Of a stretch of 64,000 bases of DNA, positions 56,649-64,000 are shown piece by piece; positions within the stretch are counted from its first letter, which is position 1, and every line of letters begins with the position of its first letter. The translations under genes were made by a program, and so were the position numbers. This stretch comes from Piedraia hortae CBS 480.64 (lineage: Eukaryota), in NCBI GenBank assembly GCA_010093745.1, contig MU005989.1, positions 2,776 through 66,775 of the forward strand, read 5' to 3'. The notes under the pieces are model-generated. The model was not told where the DNA came from, did not search any database, and was given only the letters and a program-made list of their open reading frames with translations.

Positions 56649-57599
56649 GTCCGGCGTGGCAGAGAGGTAGAGCAGCATCCAGGCTGCGTTGATGCCGCTG
56701 TTGAGCTGCCCTGCAAACAGCGCCGCCAGCACGAAACCGATAATATCCTTGATGCCGTCGCCCTGGTCGAGGAGGTACTGTAGAGCGTCGTCGTAACGTG
56801 TGCCTGTCTTCCGCCGCTCATTGACGACGCGGCCAAAGGTGCGGTACAGCTTCGCACCGGCGTACAGCCTGCGTGCCTTGGCTGGGACAAGCAGCCACGG
56901 ATACATGATTGAAAATGGGGTCGCCGTTTCCTCGATGGTCTCGTAGAGCTGCAGAACCTCGTCCATGAGCACCGGATCGTCTGCTATCTCCCAGCAGGCA
57001 ACTGTCCGCATGGTAAACTGAAAGACCAGACGGTAAATGCTCTCAAACGGGTCTGTGATTCCCTTTGGGTCAGCGGCCAGAGCGTCCATGCCCAGCTTTG
57101 CATCATTTAGCAGCATCGGAAGGCCCTTCCGGATCCGATCTCCCTTGAGCATGTTCACCAGCCGCTTGTTGAAATACGTCCCGAAGCCCTTCGCAGCCGA
57201 GTTCAGCTCTGCATGGTCGTCTTCAACGAGCGTGTGAGTTCTGCCATCTTCTGACAAGTTTGTAGCTCCGCCAAGCAGTGCCGCATACCCTTCTGAAAAG
57301 CCGAGCTGACGGCTTTCGAAGAACACTTTGCGCGCTTCAGGTGTCGATACCCCGACAATGGGAAACTGACCCGCGCGAAAGGAAAAGTTTCCTGATCGAG
57401 AGAGGGAGATAGCTTGGCGGAAGAAGTCCCAACGGCATGTGAAGAACTGGATGCTGCCCACGACTGGGCGAGAGATCGATGTCAATGCCGGCGCCGATTT
57501 GCTGTTTTTAAGAATCGGTGGCGCGGTGAAGAAGAAGTAGTATGCCGCCCCAATAAGCAAGAAAGTCACAAAAGGGAGAAGCAGCAAGAGTCGATCCAT
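56649..57599 (-). CDS. Cytochrome P450, 5' two-thirds; the 3' part falls in the gap
   Basis: N-terminal membrane anchor, PVVGSIQFF, FFESRQLGFSEGYA, DDALQYLLD, I-helix LAALFAGQLNSGINAAW. ExxR and heme motifs are not visible. Confidence 0.8.
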
Positions 57600-58145
57600 T
57601 ACGAGAGAAAAGGATAAAGCGGATACATGTAGGAGCAGCCCAAGAACATCTGATAGAAGCGCTACATGGATGTTTTACTTATCTTGGGTCAGAGCTCCGA
57701 CCCTGAATGATAATAAAGGGAGTGATCATCGGTCCGGATGTTCGCATTGCCGAGGGTGTCTGGGAGGAGCTGAACGCCTCGCTGCGAAACGGTAATGCAC
57801 CGCTACGAAGAAGATGAGATCGGAAAGCCACACAAACCCCTCCTCTAAAACGACAGTGGAGTCATGTCAGACTTCTGTCAAAGTCAATCTCCAAAAATGG
57901 GAACCCATGATTCAGCGTCTAGTAGGCACATTTGGGAATATCACAAGGTCATCATAAGCATTCATCAAAACTCGTTCCATAAACCAGGCTTCGAGCCCTT
58001 CCCACCTCAAGAATTATAGAAAAAAGAATCCACAAAGAATAAGAAAGAAAAAAAAAAAAAAAAGACTCATTGCTTTCGCCATGCAATACCACCAGTTAAC
58101 CATGAACAACGAAGCCGCGGTCGTTGAGAAGACAAGAGTATTTAC

Positions 58146-59840
58146 TTAGTGAACATGTCTGTTGTCTCGTGCATGTCGATGTAGATGACGCTTTTGCGCC
58201 GTGACGTATGCCGTTTCCACGGCTGTCACCGTCACATCGACCTGCTCGATGACGATTTCGACAATGTCGCTGCCAGACGTCACATAGTTGGTTCCGATGA
58301 TTTCGGGATTTGTGCCTGACATTGTCGGTGCCGCGGTGGGAGACGGCGAGTTGCCGTAGCCACCAGAAGCATGTCCACCGCCATATGACTGCGCAGGGCC
58401 ACCTTGAGATTGCGCGGAGGGAGAACCGCCGTTGCCATTGCCGTCATTGGGACTGCTCTCTGGATGGCCACCGTTCGGAGTACCCGGAGAGCCGGCTTGG
58501 CTGGGACTTCCGTGACTACTAGGCCTTCCTTCAGAACCGCCAGTGGGCATGGCTCCACTGTCAGAATGAGAGCCACCAGTGGGCTTGGCTCCACCTTCAG
58601 AATGAGCTGGGCTGATGGTCGGGGGCAGATCAGGATGGGCAGTGTGTGATGCCGACGAGTACGAGAGCGTCGGGCCCTTGGTAAAGGTGGAAGGCATCGG
58701 GGTGTGGCGCCTAGACGTGGTAGCAACGCCTGAATTGCCAACCACAGGATAATCGGTTGCCTCTTGTGGCCCATACTGAATCGGCACGTCGACAGGAAGC
58801 CCATCACAGGGGCCAAAGACATCGTCGTCAGCCACTTGGGGAGGAACGGGGAAAGTGCACATGGCAGCGTCCTCGTCGGTCTGCAGATCAAACAGCGGAC
58901 AATCTTCGATCTCGCCAGACTCAGCCTGGCACGTGTCGAGCGCATCCTGGAGGAAGTCGGAAGACTCCCAGCCCATTATAAAGTCGCCGTGGTAGCCACA
59001 GCCGGTCGGATCGCCGTTGGAAAGCACAAACTGTCCTTCCATGCCGGCAAAGGCGTGCGTGTTCCAGATGGTCTCGTAGAATAGAAACGGGTAGTGCACA
59101 TTGAAACCATCGGGGCAGTTGCCCGTCTTGACGAGGCTGGGATAGCGGACGTGCGAGCGGTGGTCATCCGAGTCCTTTTCGCCGTTGCCGCAGCTGGGGA
59201 AGGCCAGCTCGATGCGCAAACCGTCAGGGCAGTTCGCGTCCATGTACTCTTTGGTGGGCATCTTGTGGCGGTACAGCGATGCTTCGGGTGCCTTGCTATA
59301 GTCAAGGCAGTTGAACCCGAGCGCGCGCTGCTGGAGGAATTTTTGATCGCTGGGATCCGACGGCCAATATGACAGCGGCTCGTCGGGGAACTGGCCGTCA
59401 AAACTGCGCGCGTTCTTGTCGCCAGCAATCATCTGGAAGCCCTCTGGGAAGGCAGTGACGTTTGTGAGGTAGTAGAGGTAGTATCTGCGCCCGTCAGCCC
59501 GCCGCCGCGCGCCGCGCAAATCAACTTACGCCAGCATACCGCCAATCTGCTCGACCATGACCGCCGTGCCATTGGGCGAGACAAAATGGAGGGTCGGCGT
59601 CCAGTAGGCGGAGCGATCCTGCGTTACACCGCACGAGGTGCAGTTGCTCTCGCTGAGAGATTTGTAGTCGGCCGTCAGTCCCAGACCACCGCCGCCATGG
59701 AACGTATGAACATGTGGGGAGACCTCGCCGGGATTCGCAATGGGATCCAGACGTCCATGGCCCGTCTGCGAGCGGCAGGGCATGCGCCAGAAGGCGTTTG
59801 CGCCGCCAGCGAGGGCCAAAATGCGCAAAAGAGAGCGCAT
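58146..59840 (-). CDS. Secreted DUF1996-domain protein with Ser/Gly/Pro-rich tail, 2 exons
   Basis: Signal peptide, FWRMPC...RLDPI..PG..SPHVH, CTSC.VTQDRSAYWTP, intron 59529-59485, AFPEGFQMIAGD, CPDGLRIELAFPSC, LFYETIWNT, LSNGDPTGCGYHGDF. Confidence 0.9.
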
Positions 59841-60904
59841 CGCGTGTCAGAGAGCGTGAATCTCGTAGGAGAATGAACGGCGCTGTTTGAAAATGATTAC
59901 AAGGAAAAGAGTGACTGGGGTGAGGGCAAAGGACGCGGGGCCGAGTTGTCGCGAGGCTGGGGGTCAAGGTGGTGATGGCACGTCCTGACGTTCGGGCCCA
60001 CCGCCCGACGCCGCGTTTCACTCCCCGTCCCGTACCCAATCGGCCCAAAAGGATCAGCGGTCCGTTCGCGCTAATGTAGGATCCCGTTTCTTCCGCTCAG
60101 GGGCACTTTCTTTTTTTCTCCTTTTCGGAACCTTTCCTGAACGTGATGACAGCGTTGCCAACTGTGCTGACAGTTGACGTGGACATGTAGTCATAACGTG
60201 GGCAGGCTTGATTTGATGCAAATGGCCATTGTTTGTCACCTCAGTACAACTTACTTTTCTCGACAACCGTCATCAGACAGGCAAGGGGCGGCCATGCATT
60301 TACAGTCTTGCATTTCCGGCCAATCATCTCCTCCTGCTCCAGGCCACGAGACCAGGCTTCCAATTCGCTGTTGCATATGGCGCACTGTACGACTAGGATG
60401 TTCTACCATACGCTCGCCCAGACTAGGCTTGATTTAGCACGGGCCACAAGCCACAAATTTATGACGTTGCAACAGTTGGTTCTCGGTATAGCAACGTTAG
60501 GTCTGTCACTGGAATAACATGGCTGTTCACAAAATCTTTCACTGAGCATTGCTAAATGATGCAACAAATGGATACTACAAGTCCTTGCCATTGTTCGTCC
60601 TTGCGTGTCTGAGTTAATGCACAAGCACAATGACCGTATCCTGCTAAATTACAGAGATCGAATCCAGGCTGTCAGCGCCAAGAATTGAGCAAGATATGTT
60701 CGGCAATTAGAGTACTGCCCAATATTAGACTGCATGACGTGGGGCATTTTTCGTTACCGCTTTCGATGAAGATTTCACGCTGCGCACTGACGTCAGCCTT
60801 GACAATACGAACTAAGCTGCGACAAGGACGCACACTAAGCGTGAAAGGTGGTACCTAGCCCGTACGAGTCTGTACCACGACGGTGACAAGTTTGAGAAGA
60901 TTTG

Positions 60905-61705
60905 TCAATCAGAGTCATCGTCGTATGAAACCAATAAGGGTGCAGGCTTTTGCCCCGTCTTTGGCTGCGCCTCTTTCGCCATTTTCTGCGATATCTGAAA
61001 ATTGAAATTATAGGTCGCCTTTGGCGGCTTTTCCTCTTCTTCAGCGGTCAGCCTCCTGATCTTCTCACCAGTCGCGGACCTGAACACTGCTCGAACCTTC
61101 TCATCAATCTCTCGCTCAGCCTCTTTTTCTTCTTCGTCTTCACTCGGGCCAAGAGAGGCCATTATGGCAAGAGCGCGGTCTGGACCCATGCGTTCCCGCG
61201 CAGCACTACGTCTGCGAGCCTCGTCTAGCGCATCCGCAATGGCCATTTCTGTTTTTGTATCTTCCGTTTTCTTTTCCAGTTCTTTCATGGCGTCACGCTC
61301 TGCTTCCTCCCTCTCCAGCCTATCCAGTCGCTCCTCTTCCGTCTCTTCTGCTAGCTTGGCCTCTCGCCACGGCTCAAAATTCCTTTGCGCGCCTCGCTCG
61401 CAAGTGTAATCCATGTGTTTGGGGTCCGTCTTGAATGTGATTTCGGCGCTGCAACGGGTGCACCGAATGTAGAAGCGGTAGATGGTGATGGCATAGTATT
61501 TCTCGTCTGTTGTTTCTTTCCTTGCGTTGAACTTACGACCTTTGTAAATGTATTCGCCGCACGACGTGCATTTCATACTAAACGGTGCCATAAGTCGCAC
61601 ATCTTGGCGTCGCGGACCGCTCTGTTTGGGACCGCGACGCCGCTCAATCTTAGATGGATCAAAATCCGGCGGATAGTACTTGGACAGAACCTTGCGTTCG
61701 GACAT
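60905..61705 (-). CDS. YJU2: Splicing factor YJU2/CWC16
   Basis: [66 protein letters not shown]. Confidence 0.95.
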   Translation of the reverse strand: MSERKVLSKYYPPDFDPSKIERRRGPKQSGPRRQDVRLMAPFSMKCTSCGEYIYKGRKFNARKETTDEKYYAITIYRFYIRCTRCSAEITFKTDPKHMDYTCERGAQRNFEPWREAKLAEETEEERLDRLEREEAERDAMKELEKKTEDTKTEMAIADALDEARRRSAARERMGPDRALAIMASLGPSEDEEEKEAEREIDEKVRAVFRSATGEKIRRLTAEEEEKPPKATYNFNFQISQKMAKEAQPKTGQKPAPLLVSYDDDSD

Positions 61706-61960
61706 TGTGATGAGAGTTGCGTTGGAAGGAAGTTCGGCCACATGCCCCTGCACGCTAGTGCACGTCGCTGATATTTTTAGCTCTATCATATCCAGTGACC
61801 ACGCACAACACCAACTTTCAGGTATATCATAGTCTCAGCTTGTCCTTTTGCATCCGTCGCTACCGTGTTCCAGTCCAAATACACACATATTGCACCTCTC
61901 ATACATTCCCCGTCGACGTTTATAGGTCGTGCTGTAGTAGTAAAAATGAGGGTCTTGCAG

Positions 61961-63718
61961 CGGACTGTCTAAAAAATAGTCTCCCATCCTTAGAAAAATA
62001 GTCCTCTAACCGCATTGGGACTAGCGCCAGGCTAGTCAACCCCACCACCCGCTCATTCTACTTCTCCTCTTGCTGTCCTGCCGGTGAATAGTTTCCCTGT
62101 CACTGTGGAGGGCCTTGTTATCATTGCAGCGGCGGTTGCTGCCACACACACCAGGAGGTTGATACCAGTGTGGTGGTGGAGGTGTTGAACAAGGCCCTTG
62201 CCCAAAGTTGCCTGGCGGTGCCTGCGGTCACTGGAAGGACGGCGTTTGCATAGCTCGATGTCGTTACTCGAGGGCGTCTAACCTCTCCGAGATTTGCACC
62301 AACGCCCTCTCCGCTGCTGAAGGCTTGGCTGCCTCCTTCCTCGACGCTCCAGTCGATGCTGCACCACCGGCTCTCCCTCATGCACGTCTTGCATTTCTAC
62401 TACCCCTTGCCCGAGCGCCATTTTTTTTCGTCCTGGCCCCAGATGCGTTGTCTGGTCTGCTCATTCTTCCGCTGACCTCGCGGTTGAATACTGATGCTCT
62501 GTTGGCTCTTCCACGCTGGGAAGGCGGCGCAGCTGTTGCTGTGGTTGCTTGCGCAAAAAATTCGGCGCCTTCCTCGTCTATTGAAGCCGCCTTCGTGATC
62601 GTGTTATCCGCTGCAGCCACGCTGTGTTCATCGGGCACAGCGGCGCTGTTCTTCGTTCGGCGACTGTATCCCGGAAGGGTGCGGGAATCATTCTCCTCTC
62701 TTCTCGCTCTCACGACTTCTGAATCTGGCTATTCGTAAATCAGCAGGGTATATACTCTCACTTTCAAGGGGCACGTACCACCAAGGCGGCCTCCAAATGC
62801 CAATGGAACCCTATCTGGTCCGTAGACAACGTGGGCTCGGTACCGTCGTCAGCAGCGGTCTCCAAGACGTTTAGTATCTCATGACGGCAGGATAGGTCCC
62901 TCTGCCTCCGAAACTGGCCCATGCAGGTGGATCGTCGGCGCTCACCATGCGTTTCAATGGCTTTCAGCTCGTCGAGCGCCATCCTGTGCTGTTTGTGGAC
63001 CTTCTTGATAGGTTTCCGAGCAATACGATGGGACAGAGGCTTTAGACATGGTATGGTTTCAATGGCCGTGTACGCACGACGATTTTCGACTGCACACTTC
63101 TGATGAAAGGTGGTCTCCCCCACCTTCACTGTCTTTAAGATGCTCTCATAGAGTTTCCAGAGGTCGCCCAGGCGATTGTCCAGATATCTTTGGAGTGAGG
63201 AGGCAGTGCTCTCAACGCGTCCGGACGAATAGGTTCCGTAATTTCGGTACCCTTTTGTGGCGTACCGCGCCCAGTGGTTTCTCCATGACATCCATTGCGT
63301 CTGAAGATACCTGAGAAGCGCTGGCGCTCATTAGTCAAGTGGGCATCATCGGATATGACCCACGTTGTTGATGGGCGAACTCCGCTCTGAGCAGGTCCCA
63401 CTGGGCCCCAAACTCGGGCTCGATTTCTTTTCGTGTGAGATTCACCTAGGCCTTGAGAAACCCTTTATGGGTGTTCTCATAAGCTCGCGCCTGGGCGGGA
63501 GCGAGGGGCGCGCCCTCCACGCTGCTGGGCTCTTCGCCCTTCTCATAAAGACCTGAAGTCTAATTGCCACGGCCCCGGCAGCCTCTACCTCCTGGATGAC
63601 CTCCATATCACCTTCTTCGCCCGTCACTGTTGTAACATTGGGCAGCGTAGGCGCTAGTCCTAATGCGGCTAGGGAACTATTTTCCTAAGAATGGGAGACT
63701 ATTTTTTTAGATAGTCCG
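61961..63718 (-). mobile_element. Defective Mutator-like (MULE) DNA transposon with ~68-bp terminal inverted repeats
   Basis: TIRs 61961-62028 and 63650-63718 (CGGACTrTCTAAAAAA(A)TAGTCTCCCAT...GGACTAGCGCC). Internal broken frame reads RNYGTYSSGRVES...LQRYL..RLGDL and CMGQFRRQRDLSCRHEI...L...QIGFHWHL, resembling the C-terminal half of fungal MULE transposases. Confidence 0.8.
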
Positions 63719-64000
63719 GTCTAGTAGAGTTGATGTATTCCACGTGACGAGTTTGGTGAAAGCGTCACTGGACAGCGATTCCACAAATGGCAAGAACTAC
63801 AGCCAAAGTCGCCCACGTCGCTTGGCGGGTAGAACAAGATGGAGAACTACCTGCGGAACTGGAGAAATGACCTTCTGGAGCGTCAACAATATGCAGCGGC
63901 CATCTTCGTTGGGGATAAACTGCTGGCGTTGACGGGTGGGTTGAACGACCGTCGCGCAGCTCACAACTGATTCCTTCCAGGCTCAGACACCGATGCAATC

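Noticed and set aside
55532..56890. Long ORFs running through the N gap
   Set aside because: Artefacts of translating N. Only the P450 5' part and YAR1 are supported.
1..64000. CRISPR arrays, rRNA, spliceosomal snRNAs, LTR retrotransposon or Starship captain genes
   Set aside because: No repeat-spacer arrays or diagnostic motifs were seen by eye.

Overview
Eukaryotic nuclear DNA from a filamentous ascomycete (Pezizomycotina; Dothideomycete-like is inference only), with compact, intron-poor genes whose introns are mostly 45-60 nt. Gene-dense blocks carry NPY1 (partial), a DUF1763-like gene, MRPL1, CFIm25, HAT2, XRN1, a TrpG-TrpC fusion that lacks the usual PRAI domain, PRP45, a HET-domain gene, an MPP6-like gene with a zinc knuckle, a DUF4748-like gene, an ASH1-like SET gene, tRNA-Pro, CAC1, SPO11, CTK1, a TMEM170-like gene, three secreted proteins, YAR1, a gap-truncated P450 and YJU2. 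Two genes are invisible to the ORF track: a very compact ornithine decarboxylase antizyme needing a +1 ribosomal frameshift at GUU-UGA plus splicing (24234-24743, -), and a U3 snoRNA gene split by a 50-nt spliceosomal intron (~27021-27305, -). Two gene-poor zones (~11.7-22.4 kb and ~34.6-39.8 kb) hold decayed pieces of host genes (HDA1, a Pcl-type cyclin, an RBR E3 ligase, a tandem pair of F-box-like relics). A 1.76-kb Mutator-like element with ~68-bp TIRs lies near the right end. There is a 590-nt N gap. All family calls come from motif recognition by eye; no searches were run.
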